Positions 1 through 9,346 of a stretch of 64,000 bases of DNA are shown one piece after another. The notes beneath the pieces are model-generated. The model searched no databases, was not told the DNA's origin, and saw nothing but the letters and a program-made list of their open reading frames with translations. The position numbers and the translations under genes were made by a program. Location: the NCBI GenBank assembly GCA_963705505.1, contig CAVPJU010000006.1:757073-821072 (forward strand). The letters are read 5' to 3'. Position 1 is the first letter of the stretch; every line of letters starts with the position of its first letter. This DNA comes from an uncultured bacterium. GTDB taxonomy: Bacteria > Desulfobacterota_D > UBA1144 > Nemesobacterales > UBA2774.

Positions 1-119
1 CGAGAAATCCGGGCGCAAGCTCGAAGATCCTCACGCCGATGATTATCGGTCTTGCTCTCATCGAGTCTCTCGTTATTTATGCTCTTCTCATAGCATTTCT
101 GCTGCAGGGAAAAATTTAA
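1..119 (+). CDS. atpE: ATP synthase F0 subunit c, 3' end (runs off window start)
   Basis: Frame from nt 3 reads [41 protein letters not shown] loop and the conserved Glu in ALIES. Confidence 0.93.
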   Translation, partial: RNPGASSKILTPMIIGLALIESLVIYALLIAFLLQGKI

Positions 120-126
120 ACCGGGC

Positions 127-152
127 GCGGGGGGTTTTCACAAACCCTCCGC
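127..152 (+). terminator. Hairpin after atpE, probable terminator
   Basis: GCGGGGGGTTT-TCAC-AAACCCTCCGC stem-loop directly after the stop; a second hairpin lies at ~159-188. Confidence 0.5.
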
Positions 153-221
153 ATTCGGAAATGCCGGGATACTTTATTCCGGGCATTTGATATATTCGTC
201 CCGCGGTATTACCATTCCACT

Positions 222-668
222 ATGAAGAAAGCTGTTTTGTCCCTGGTTCTGGTTTTCGTCTTGTTCGGGTGTGGTACGACGAAAGGTTTAATTCAGAAAG
301 ACGACCAGGAATCCCTCGCAAAATCATCCGACCTTTATTACAAGCTGATAATGTGGAAGTCTTATGATAAAGCCGCCAAGTTCGTGGACCCCGAGAAGCA
401 CAAGCAGTTCGAGAGCTTCGTGCTCGCAAATCAGGAGGACCTCAACATTACGGGCTATGAGATAAAAGATATGGCCTATATTACGGAAGGCAAGCCCGAC
501 GGCAACAACAAAGAAATGGAAACCAGCGTGTGTGAGGTGAGGGTGCTTTATACATATTATAAATACCCTTCGGTCTCGGAGAAGAGCGTCATGGCGAAGG
601 ACACGTGGGTACAAATTGGAAAGTTCTGGTATATATCATCCGATTTCAATGAAGGGACTTTCAAGTAG
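222..668 (+). CDS. Hypothetical lipoprotein
   Basis: Signal peptide with lipobox (MKKAVLSLVLVFVLFG-C); 148 aa. Confidence 0.8.
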   Translation: MKKAVLSLVLVFVLFGCGTTKGLIQKDDQESLAKSSDLYYKLIMWKSYDKAAKFVDPEKHKQFESFVLANQEDLNITGYEIKDMAYITEGKPDGNNKEMETSVCEVRVLYTYYKYPSVSEKSVMAKDTWVQIGKFWYISSDFNEGTFK

Positions 669-680
669 ATTTATTTGAGC

Positions 681-2051
681 CTAATCACTCCGCTCGTCAA
701 GCGGGTATTTTTTTGACACTATCTCTTCCGCTTCTTTTCTGTTTTTTATCTCACCTTCAAGCTGCGCTTCCTCAACGAAATTCAGTATCTCGGTGAATAT
801 GGGGCCGGGGGTATATCCCATTTCGATAAGCTCCCTGCCTCCCAAAAGCGGCTCGGGTTTTATCTCCTCGTCCTTGAACTCATCGAACTTTTTCATGATG
901 AAGTCGTATGCTTCGGTTGAGCCGTGGCTCGCCATGCAGTCGGCAAGGTGCAGGACCAGGTGTTCTTCGAAATCGGGAGTCCCGATGAATCGCTTTAATG
1001 TGCTTTTTTTCATGTAAAACACGTCTTTAAACTTCAGATGGTCCCGCACTAGCTCATAGACGACCTCTGTCTGTTTATTCGAGAATTTGAGCCTCCTGCA
1101 TATGTCAACGGACATTTCTGCCCCGAGCTTGTCGTGGCCGTTGAACCTTATTCTATCCGAAACGGAAAATGTCGGGGGTTTCCCCACATCATGCAGCAGC
1201 CCCCCCATGGCGAGCTCGGGCGATATGATGCCCCCGGTGTTCTCGTATATCTTGTCCAGCACGAGACAAGTGTGCGTGAATACATCCCCCTCCGGGTGGA
1301 ATTCGGGAGGCTGTTCCACTCCGTACATTCGATCGACCTCGGGAAGTATATGACCGAGCAGGCCGCTTTCCCGTAGCAGCCCGAGCCCTGACCCGGGGTT
1401 CTTCTGCGTTATAATTTTTACGAGCTCGTCCCTGATTCTCTCCGCGCTCACCTGATTTATTCCCGATGCGAGTTTTTTGAGCGCATCGTGTGTACTATCC
1501 TCGAGCGCGAAACCGTATCTCGATGCGAATCTCACGGCGCGCATGAGCCTGAGCTTATCCTCGCTGAACCTCTCAAGCGGAACGCCTATGGTCCTGATTA
1601 TCCCGTCCCGTATATCGTCCATTCCGCCTACATAATCGATGGCTTTTTCCTCGATAGGGTCGTAGAGCATCCCGTTTATCGTGAAGTCCCTCCGCAGCAC
1701 GTCCTCTTCTTCTTCAGTGCTGTAGGTGACTCTGTCAGGGTGACGGCCATCGGAGTAACTCTCGTCTTTCCTGAACGTGGCGACTTCAAATCTGTAATGG
1801 CCTATGAGCACGAGGATTACGCCGAAGCTCACTCCGACCGGTATCGTGTGCGAGAATAATTTCGATACTTCATCGGGAGTGGCGCTTGTAGTTATGTCGT
1901 ATTCCTTCGGAGGGACGTTCATAAGCGTGTCTCTCGTGCACCCGCCGACGCAGAACGCCTTGTACCCCGAATTCCTCAGCTGGGTGACGAGGTATTTCCC
2001 CATATCGAATAATTCGCTCTTAAACGGTTTAACTTTTACAACTTTTTTCAT
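681..2051 (-). CDS. cca: CCA tRNA nucleotidyltransferase with HD domain
   Basis: VGGCTRD, EYDITT, RRDFTING, EDKLRLMRAVRF, SAERI and LLHDVGK motifs. Confidence 0.9.
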   Translation of the reverse strand: MKKVVKVKPFKSELFDMGKYLVTQLRNSGYKAFCVGGCTRDTLMNVPPKEYDITTSATPDEVSKLFSHTIPVGVSFGVILVLIGHYRFEVATFRKDESYSDGRHPDRVTYSTEEEEDVLRRDFTINGMLYDPIEEKAIDYVGGMDDIRDGIIRTIGVPLERFSEDKLRLMRAVRFASRYGFALEDSTHDALKKLASGINQVSAERIRDELVKIITQKNPGSGLGLLRESGLLGHILPEVDRMYGVEQPPEFHPEGDVFTHTCLVLDKIYENTGGIISPELAMGGLLHDVGKPPTFSVSDRIRFNGHDKLGAEMSVDICRRLKFSNKQTEVVYELVRDHLKFKDVFYMKKSTLKRFIGTPDFEEHLVLHLADCMASHGSTEAYDFIMKKFDEFKDEEIKPEPLLGGRELIEMGYTPGPIFTEILNFVEEAQLEGEIKNRKEAEEIVSKKYPLDERSD

Positions 2052-2132
2052 TGTTTTAAACTCAGAGTTTTATAGTATATTTTACACTCTGTCCGGTAAA
2101 GGATATTCTAACGTAAGTATTGATTATACCGA

Positions 2133-3140
2133 ATGAGCGAAAAGACTATACCAGAACTTCTGCAAAATCGAGTCAAGGAACACGGCACGAGACTCCTCTT
2201 CCAGCGGCGGGACGGCTGGAGCTGGAAACAAATTACCTGGCTCGACTTCGACCGTAAAGTGAAGAACATCGCCGCTTTTCTGCTGGACCTGGGCTTCGGC
2301 AGGGGAGACCGGGCGCTCGTGGTTTCTTCAAACAGGCTCGAGGCGATCTCGGCTGAGATGGCTATCTTCCATCTCGGGGGGATCATTGTCCCCCTGTCCG
2401 CGGATGAAAGCTCGGACAGGATCGTCGGAGCGGTCAATGAGATCAATGCGAAGCTTATATTTCTCGAGCATGGAGCTTCAACGGACGGAGTTCTGGATAC
2501 TCTCCACACGATGCCGGGGGTCGGCAGGGTTATAATATTCCCGGACGCAAGAATAAAAAACGACAGGGTTATCGACTTTAAAGCGGTTCTGAAATTCGGA
2601 TTGATGAAAAGAAAGAAGCTTGAGGACGAGCTTGCCGGGATTTATAAAAGCATCGATCCCGAAGTCCCCTCAGCCATTTTTTTATATTCCGACACCGGAC
2701 ATCACACCGAAGTCTCACAGGGCGGATTAATGGAGGCGCTTCACAATGCGTCCCTCAGGTGTCCGCATCTGAGTGCCGAAGACCAGTCCTTTTCTTATCT
2801 AACGGCCGCCAGCCCCTTTGCGAAGTTCGTCAACTATCTCACCCTTTATCAGGGCAGCAGGGCTGCGGTCGCGGAAACGAGAAAGGATTTCTACCAGGAT
2901 CTGGTCGAGGTAATGCCCACGGTATTATTCGAGACGAAGGCGGGTCTCGAGAGCTTATGCGGAAAGTCTATTGCGGAATCGAACGGGCTTCCGCCTGGGA
3001 AGAAGCTGAGGATGGATATGGGAAACAGGGTTAAACATATATTTACCGATTCTCTTCCCGGGGGGGAGATCGAAAGTCTCCTGAAAAATACGGGAGCTCT
3101 CCTCGTAGAAGTACCCGAATTTAACTCTCTGCTCGGCTAA
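2133..3140 (+). CDS. AMP-binding (long-chain acyl-CoA ligase-like) N-terminal domain protein, short and degenerate
   Basis: N-terminus typical of long-chain acyl-CoA ligases (WKQITW, LGFGRGDR, SNRLE, GGIIVPL); only 335 aa; P-loop motif degenerate. Confidence 0.75.
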   Translation: MSEKTIPELLQNRVKEHGTRLLFQRRDGWSWKQITWLDFDRKVKNIAAFLLDLGFGRGDRALVVSSNRLEAISAEMAIFHLGGIIVPLSADESSDRIVGAVNEINAKLIFLEHGASTDGVLDTLHTMPGVGRVIIFPDARIKNDRVIDFKAVLKFGLMKRKKLEDELAGIYKSIDPEVPSAIFLYSDTGHHTEVSQGGLMEALHNASLRCPHLSAEDQSFSYLTAASPFAKFVNYLTLYQGSRAAVAETRKDFYQDLVEVMPTVLFETKAGLESLCGKSIAESNGLPPGKKLRMDMGNRVKHIFTDSLPGGEIESLLKNTGALLVEVPEFNSLLG

Positions 3141-4306
3141 TCTTCCGTCTCGGTCACGGAGCATCTGGCTTTCCCGCTGTTAAAATTTATCAGGACATTA
3201 TCTCCGCTCCGGAGCTCTTTGGAGTCCTTTACGACTTTCATGGAAGGGATCTTGTAAGTGATGCTGTAGCCGCGGTCGAGCACCTTGAGAGGGCTCAGAG
3301 CGTCTAGCTTTCCCGCAAGCGCGCCCGTCTCCGATAGAGCGTTATCGTATTTAATCTGAAAGAGCCTCGTCATATCCGACTGCATCTGATCGATTTCCCT
3401 GGCGTGGATTTCGATACGGTTCACTAGCGCTAAAGCGATCTTTCCCTTAAGCTCCGCCAAGTCCTGAAGCAGCAGGGCCTTTTCCCTGACCACTAATTCG
3501 GCTGCATTTGAAGGGGTCGCCGCTCTTACGTCCGCGACAAGGTCGGCAATCGTAATGTCTATTTCGTGTCCGACGGCGGATACGACCGGCACGGGGGATT
3601 TCGCAATCTCCCTCGCGAGCGCCTCGTCGTTAAAAGCCCTGAGGTCTTCCTTCGAGCCGCCCCCCCTTGCCAGGATAATGAGGTCGATCCCAGGAAGCCT
3701 GTAAAGTTTATTCAGGGCCGATATTATTTCTCTCGGGGCTTCATCTCCCTGCACCCTTGCCGGGGAGATGAGTATTTCGAGGTTCGGGAACCTCACGTCT
3801 AGGACTTTCAATATATCCTTTACGGCGGCTCCAGTGGGCGACGTGACGACTCCGATCCTTTGAGGAAGGAAGGGGAGGGGACGTTTTCTCTCCGCGTTAA
3901 ATAGCCCCTCCGCGAGGAGCTTCTCTTTTAACTGTTCGAGCGCGAGGGCCTGGGCCCCGACACCCTTGGGCTCCATATCCCTCACATTTAGCTGGTAGAC
4001 GCCCTGTTTCTCGTAAACCCCTACCTGTCCCGAGCAAATTACTTCCGTACCGTTCTCGGGAAGGAATTTAATCGCCTGATTGGCCCACTTGAAGCAGACC
4101 GCGGATATCTGGCTCGAGGCGTCTTTGAGAGAGAAATACCAGTGCCCGCTCGTGTAGTTGCCTTTGAAGTTGGAAATCTCGCCCACGACCCAAATGTACT
4201 CGAACCCTATGTCCTCTTCGATCGTCTCTTTAATCCTGGCGTTGAGCTCGGATACGGTATATATCTGCGATTTGAAGATTTCCTGAAAAGATATCGGGTC
4301 TTCCAT
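3137..4306 (-). CDS. xseA: Exodeoxyribonuclease VII large subunit
   Basis: YTVSELN, GEISNF, SGHWYFSLKD, ARGGGS, VGHEID, TPSNAAE, LSPLKVLDRGY. Confidence 0.96.
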   Translation of the reverse strand: MEDPISFQEIFKSQIYTVSELNARIKETIEEDIGFEYIWVVGEISNFKGNYTSGHWYFSLKDASSQISAVCFKWANQAIKFLPENGTEVICSGQVGVYEKQGVYQLNVRDMEPKGVGAQALALEQLKEKLLAEGLFNAERKRPLPFLPQRIGVVTSPTGAAVKDILKVLDVRFPNLEILISPARVQGDEAPREIISALNKLYRLPGIDLIILARGGGSKEDLRAFNDEALAREIAKSPVPVVSAVGHEIDITIADLVADVRAATPSNAAELVVREKALLLQDLAELKGKIALALVNRIEIHAREIDQMQSDMTRLFQIKYDNALSETGALAGKLDALSPLKVLDRGYSITYKIPSMKVVKDSKELRSGDNVLINFNSGKARCSVTETED

Positions 4307-4385
4307 TCGGATGTAGTATTTTGGATAGGCGGGGAATAGTCAAGAAATATCGATCATTCGGGAACGGGTCTCTATCGTTCGGTTC

Positions 4386-4881
4386 TTAAAGCAGCTCCGG
4401 GTGTTTATCCGAAATAAATTCTAAGAGAAGCGGGTCGAGTTTTGCATTATGCAGGGTTTTCACGGTCGAAATCTGCTCAGGCGTCATCTTCATGCACCCG
4501 GCAAGGTCTGCGCCTTCGAGTATCGCCTCCTGGAGGTTCGCGAGTTTCAGATTAACTCCCCTGAGGTTCGCCCGAGTGAGGTCGGTTTTTATCAAATGCG
4601 CTCCTTCGAGCGTGGCACCTTCGAGATTCGCGTCTTCGAGGTTTGCACCCTCTAAGTTTGTCCCGAATAGAGTGGCTCCCTTGAGCTTCGCTCCTTTGAG
4701 GCTCGAGCCTTTACAGAAGGCGAGCTTCATATTCGCGCCTTCGAGGTTTACTACCGCTTAGGTCGGTGCCTACGAGGTTCGCCCATGCGAGATCCGGTTT
4801 TGTGCCCGGATTAACTTCCCTCCATCTATTCCACTCCTCCACACCTTTTTTGATTAGAGTTACGTGCTCCTGGTTTGCCAT
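4386..4881 (-). CDS. Pentapeptide-repeat protein with a +1 frameshift near 4752
   Basis: ATG at 4881 reads MANQEHVTLIKKGVEEWNRWREVNPGTKPDLAWANL; removing one base joins it to the A(N/D)LxG repeat ORF 4386..4730. Confidence 0.8.
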
Positions 4882-4930
4882 GTGCCGGGATTACCCTGAT
4901 ACTCGCATTTCGCAGCGTGCATGCTCGATA

Positions 4931-6413
4931 CTACTTTACTCTCTTTAACGCCGGGGCTACGAGGTTTGAGTGGTATTTGCCGATCTCCCTCGCCAGCATA
5001 CCGGTTACATTTTTAATATCCCACTGTGCCCCTTCGGACATCCTTAAATTTATAAGGTGATATAGCTCCCACAGGTCGAAGCTTCCGAGAACGCGCCTGT
5101 TATGTGCATTCGTCACGACGTAGCTCGCCGTTTCGGTCAGGTTTTCGTTCATCAGCTTATCGTAAAATTTTTCACTTTCATCGGCTGCCTTCACAAGCAT
5201 TTCCGCGACCCCCGCTTTTTCTATATTAGGCGGGACCGTGATCCCGTGAGATACGGAGGGGTCCTTGTAAATCCAGTCCGTCTTCCTGTGGCGGAGAAGC
5301 TGGTGCCAGCAGGCTTCGCTTATGACGAACTCTGCCTCGTAATGAACGAGCCTGAGAGCGTTTACGGGATTATCGTATTTCCCGAGCTTCTCTAGTGACT
5401 TTTTCAATATGTCGAGTTTGCTCCCGAGTCCTTGTCCATGAAGCGTCTTTTCGATCTCCTCATAGCTCGAATCCGAGTGCTCGAAGAGTATGGCTCCGAT
5501 CATTTTATCGATGGCCGCTTCTTCGGGGTTTGGGGAGCCCTTGCCCGTCCAGTCTAGTAGATTAACGCGAGGGTTCGTTTGTTTGCTCAGGCGTGTTCCG
5601 CTCGAGTATCGTGTTTGAAATTTTTGCGAGCTCTTCCCTGGTTTCTGTGATGTACTTATTTTCATTCGCGTACTTTACGAGCGTCGGTACGGAGAACCGC
5701 ACTTCATCCTTTATTTCCTGCGCCCTCTTCCTGACCTCGGCGTATTTATTCGACAGGAGCTTCGTTAGTGAGTCCTCGATCGCCCTCGCATTTGCGGTCA
5801 TTCCGAGGTTGGTGAAGGTCGCGAGGCTGAGCGCGTACCTGGCGTCTTCGAAGGCGACCTTTTCGAGCGCCCTCAAATGCGCCTTCTCGTCCGTCCCTCC
5901 GGGCGCCGGTACGGTTCTCTTTAAATGCTCGAAGAGCCTTTCATTGAGCGAGGAGTATACGGTGTAAAGGCCGTCATTGAGATTAACGTACTCTTGCCTG
6001 AGTGTGGGGAATCGGTCGAGCTCCCCGGGCACATAAAAATCCCCTCTCGAAGGCTTCTGATACCTCTGTGAGTACTCCGTGAAAGAGATGTATTCATTTG
6101 ATAGCTCCAGCATCGACGAGAAGAGTCGGGACACCCTCTCGATACCCACGTGCACGGCAGCGTGCTCGGCAACGGAGGCGTGCCCGTAGTTGAGCACCCA
6201 TTTCTCGTGGAACTTCGATGCCCTTTCCTGTCCGAGCTGTTCTTCCTGAATGACCGCGCCAATATTATCCCGGAAGCTCTTGGGGCTTCTGCTTACATAG
6301 GCGAATATTACGGCGATTACCTCTTCGGGGATATTGCTGACCGTATAGATGTCCCTGTCTGTATTGGATACGTATCTTTTGATTTCGGTAGTGTGCGGTT
6401 TTTCCTCAGCCAT
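4931..6413 (-). CDS. thyX: FAD-dependent thymidylate synthase, tandem-domain type, split by a +1 frameshift near 5570
   Basis: ORF 5562..6413 has GHASVAEH, EYSQRY and NAR; ORF 4931..5665 has HQLLRHR, YHLINLR and AQWDI; the frames overlap. Confidence 0.85.
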
Positions 6414-6485
6414 TATTCTCCTCGGAATGTCCGGTGATTTATTGTCACGGATGGGGTTCAGGAGTCCTTATTATACCGGCATCAG

Positions 6486-7238
6486 TCAGGAGATGGTAAT
6501 ACTTTCCTTAACCTTTTTTAAAATATAATTCAGCACCTGGCCGGGCTTGCCGTATATGACCGCATCGACGTAGTCGTCGGCAGGGCTTTCCTTTTCGTTT
6601 ATGATAACCACTTTGGCGTTATTCTCCTTGGCCAGAAATGGGTAAGATGCGACAGGCTCCTTGTCCAGCGAGGCTCCGGCAATGAGAAAGAGGTCGGCGT
6701 TATGAAGCCTCATCCACGCCTCCCGGGCTTCCCAGTGCGGGAGAGGCTGCCCCGGGAACGAAATAGTGGGTTTTAACTGGTCGCTTCCGCATTCCCTGCA
6801 GACGGGCACGGATGCGCCCTTTTCGAGCATGCCGATGATTTCATCGATCGAATAATCCTTGCCGCAGCTGGGGCATGTGATCCATTGTATGCTGCTGTTG
6901 AGCTCGATCACGGTCGTATTTCCCGCCCTGCGGTGGAGTCCATCCGTGCTCTGCGTGAAGACGCAGTCGAGGTTCCCCAATAATTCCAGCTCAGCAAGCG
7001 CCCTATGCCCCGGACCCGGCTCGGCATTCTGGAGAGACGGGTAGATCTCCATTATCTTCATCCAGTACTCGGCCCGCACATCCCTGTTTTCACGGAAGTC
7101 CCTGATATGAGGGTTTAGCCTGGGGTCCGTAAAATCCGGCAAGCCGCTCTCGGCCGATAACCCGTACCCCGTGAGGACGATGATCTTCCGGGCCTCTTTG
7201 ATCCACTCCGCGACCGTCCCTGCGACATCCCTTTTCAT
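6486..7238 (-). CDS. Sir2/CobB-family protein with degenerate catalytic motifs
   Basis: LTGYGLSAESGLPDF, TQSTDGLH, CPSC...CREC zinc ribbon, GASL, IINEKE; ATG at 7238 follows a consensus promoter. Confidence 0.85.
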   Translation of the reverse strand: MKRDVAGTVAEWIKEARKIIVLTGYGLSAESGLPDFTDPRLNPHIRDFRENRDVRAEYWMKIMEIYPSLQNAEPGPGHRALAELELLGNLDCVFTQSTDGLHRRAGNTTVIELNSSIQWITCPSCGKDYSIDEIIGMLEKGASVPVCRECGSDQLKPTISFPGQPLPHWEAREAWMRLHNADLFLIAGASLDKEPVASYPFLAKENNAKVVIINEKESPADDYVDAVIYGKPGQVLNYILKKVKESITIS

Positions 7239-7247
7239 CAGGATTTG

Positions 7248-7277
7248 ATTATACAATTTTCGGATAAAACATGTCAA
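7248..7277 (-). promoter_or_regulatory. Sigma-70 promoter of the sirtuin-like gene
   Basis: Minus strand TTGACA-N18-TATAAT, 9 nt before the ATG. Confidence 0.75.
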
Positions 7278-7348
7278 CGAAGCGGGCTCCCGGCGCAAGA
7301 TTCGGTACAATATAGGTGCATAAATCGTGAGTGATGCAAGGGGGAGTA

Positions 7349-7693
7349 ATGTCTAAATACAAGCCCGCGGAAATTACCGAGTTCAGCGATACGGCGCTCC
7401 TGATAGTATGGGACGACGGGCACGAGAGTATTTATCTGTTTGAGGATCTGAGACAGGAATGTCCCTGCGCTACCTGCAGGCAGCTGAGGAAAACTAGCAA
7501 GACCGGCAAGCTGCCGTTTAAGAAGACGATTCCCTTGAGAGTTCAGTCCGCGGCGATCAAGCCTCTGCGCACGGAGCACGTAGGTCAATACGCGATCAAG
7601 TTCAGCTGGAACGATAAGCACGATACGGGGATTTATACGTACGACTTCCTGAGAGAGCTTTGCAGCTGTGAGGAATGCCGTACCGGGGGCTGA
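7349..7693 (+). CDS. DUF971 / GBBH-like N-terminal domain protein
   Basis: WDDGHESIY, LRQECPCATC, VGQYAI, HDTGIYTYDFL; GGGGAG RBS. Confidence 0.88.
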   Translation: MSKYKPAEITEFSDTALLIVWDDGHESIYLFEDLRQECPCATCRQLRKTSKTGKLPFKKTIPLRVQSAAIKPLRTEHVGQYAIKFSWNDKHDTGIYTYDFLRELCSCEECRTGG

Positions 7694-7697
7694 CTCT

Positions 7698-8417
7698 TCA
7701 TTCTATCTCGAACACGATGCTGACTGAAGCGCTTATCGAGAGATCGCCCGGCTCTATGGGGGTGGGGGGCGGAGGAGCCGCGGCTTCCTTGCTGAGGGCA
7801 TAATCCCTGTATACGGGTACCGGGTAATCGAAGGACGGGGACAATTGAAGTATTTTCGTTATGCTTACTCCTGCCGCCTTTGAAAGGGTTTCAGCAGTCG
7901 CCTTAGCGTCATTCACAGCCGCGACAAGGGCCTCTCTCCTGTACTCGTCCCTCTTCGTCGTATCGAATGAAAGGCTTTCGATGTTGTTAAGCCCCGCCTC
8001 GGCGGTGGTATCGATGATCGTCCCGATTTCTTTAAGGTTGTGCGCTTCGACGATGATGCGGTTGCTTGCCCTGTAACCTTTGAATTCCGAGTTGCTTGTC
8101 TGATTGTTATATTCATATACGGGGTTGAGGCTGTATCCCGCTGTCGAGACCTTATCGTTTTTGCCGAGCTTCGCCTTTATCGCCTCGATGACTTTATTGG
8201 TTTTCCCGGCATTTTCCCTGACTGCCTGGGAGGCGTTTTTTGCGAGGGTTTCGACCGAGAGGCTCAAATACGCGACATCGGGCGCAGCGTCCACCTTCCC
8301 GCTGCCCGTAACGCTAAGCGTGCGCTTCCCGTTCTGGCTCTCCTGGGCATAGGATGCATAATCCGCCGTATTTATTAGAATTAAACATCCCAGCAGGAGT
8401 GCTGTATAGGCTCTCAT
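7698..8417 (-). CDS. SIMPL (DUF541) domain periplasmic protein
   Basis: Signal peptide, SVTGSGKVDAAPD, AVNDAKATAETL, IEPGD..VSIVF. Confidence 0.9.
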   Translation of the reverse strand: MRAYTALLLGCLILINTADYASYAQESQNGKRTLSVTGSGKVDAAPDVAYLSLSVETLAKNASQAVRENAGKTNKVIEAIKAKLGKNDKVSTAGYSLNPVYEYNNQTSNSEFKGYRASNRIIVEAHNLKEIGTIIDTTAEAGLNNIESLSFDTTKRDEYRREALVAAVNDAKATAETLSKAAGVSITKILQLSPSFDYPVPVYRDYALSKEAAAPPPPTPIEPGDLSISASVSIVFEIE

Positions 8418-8660
8418 TCTTCACCTCGCAAATGTTATTCCTATTCTCGCAAGCGTACCTATTATACTTAATCTTTACGATTGATTTCAGGTTTGGATTT
8501 AACTCGTATCCTGCAACTAAATTGAAAGGGCTCCGGCCGGATCCCGTTTATTTATAAACCCCGCCTCTTCAAATCTATCGAAAAATAGCATATATTTTAA
8601 AAATCAGCTTAAGATCGGCTTGTTGATTTTAATCATTCTTAATGATAGTTTTCTTAGTCC

Positions 8661-9335
8661 ATGATTGAGAAGAAGCTAGGTTATAAATTCAGGGAGAGCA
8701 AGCTTCTTAAAACTGCGCTTACCCACAGTTCTTACGCGAACGAGACTTCAGTCGAAAGCAACGAGAGGATGGAGTTCCTGGGTGATGCCGTCCTGGGTTT
8801 CATCGTCGCGCGCGTATTATACGACCTGTTCCCCGATGCTGCGGAAGGCAAGCTCTCCAAGATGAGGAGCGCCATAGTGAGCCGTATGAATTTCGCCCAT
8901 TTCGCGAAGGAGCTCAAGATGGACAAGCAGCTACTGCTCGGGAAGGGTGAGGAGAATACGGGGGGGAGGAAGAGGCAGTCCAACCTCGCCGGCGCTTTCG
9001 AGGCTGTAATAGGGGCCATATTCATAGACGGAGGGTACAAGAAGGTCTATAGGATAGTTACGAGGCTCTTAAAGAATTGCCTTAACGGCAACGAGGAGAT
9101 TTTCAGGGATTATAAAACCAGGCTTCAGGAAGTCGCTCAGCGGCAGTTCAAGAAGGTACCCAAGTATAAAGTCGTGCTCGAAGAAGGGCCTCCCCACGAC
9201 AAGTGTTTCCATGTGGAGGTGAAGCTCGGCAGGAAATGCATGGGTAAGGGGATCGGGAGGAATAAAAAACAGGCTGAGCAGGCTGCTGCAAAAGAGGGGC
9301 TTGAATATATAGAAGGCTTGAATAAGCTCACCTGA
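8661..9335 (+). CDS. rnc: Ribonuclease III
   Basis: ALTHSS, NERMEFLGDAVL, FEAVIGAIFIDGG, dsRBD DYKTRLQE. Confidence 0.97.
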   Translation: MIEKKLGYKFRESKLLKTALTHSSYANETSVESNERMEFLGDAVLGFIVARVLYDLFPDAAEGKLSKMRSAIVSRMNFAHFAKELKMDKQLLLGKGEENTGGRKRQSNLAGAFEAVIGAIFIDGGYKKVYRIVTRLLKNCLNGNEEIFRDYKTRLQEVAQRQFKKVPKYKVVLEEGPPHDKCFHVEVKLGRKCMGKGIGRNKKQAEQAAAKEGLEYIEGLNKLT

Positions 9336-9346
9336 CAGTTTTCGTG

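Noticed and set aside
5560..5600. Programmed frameshift in thyX
   Set aside because: No slippery heptamer or stimulatory structure seen, and similar +1 insertions recur elsewhere in the window
6486..7238. Sir2 gene as an anti-phage NADase (Thoeris or DSR type)
   Set aside because: It has the CobB-type zinc-ribbon architecture, host-like composition and no defence partners
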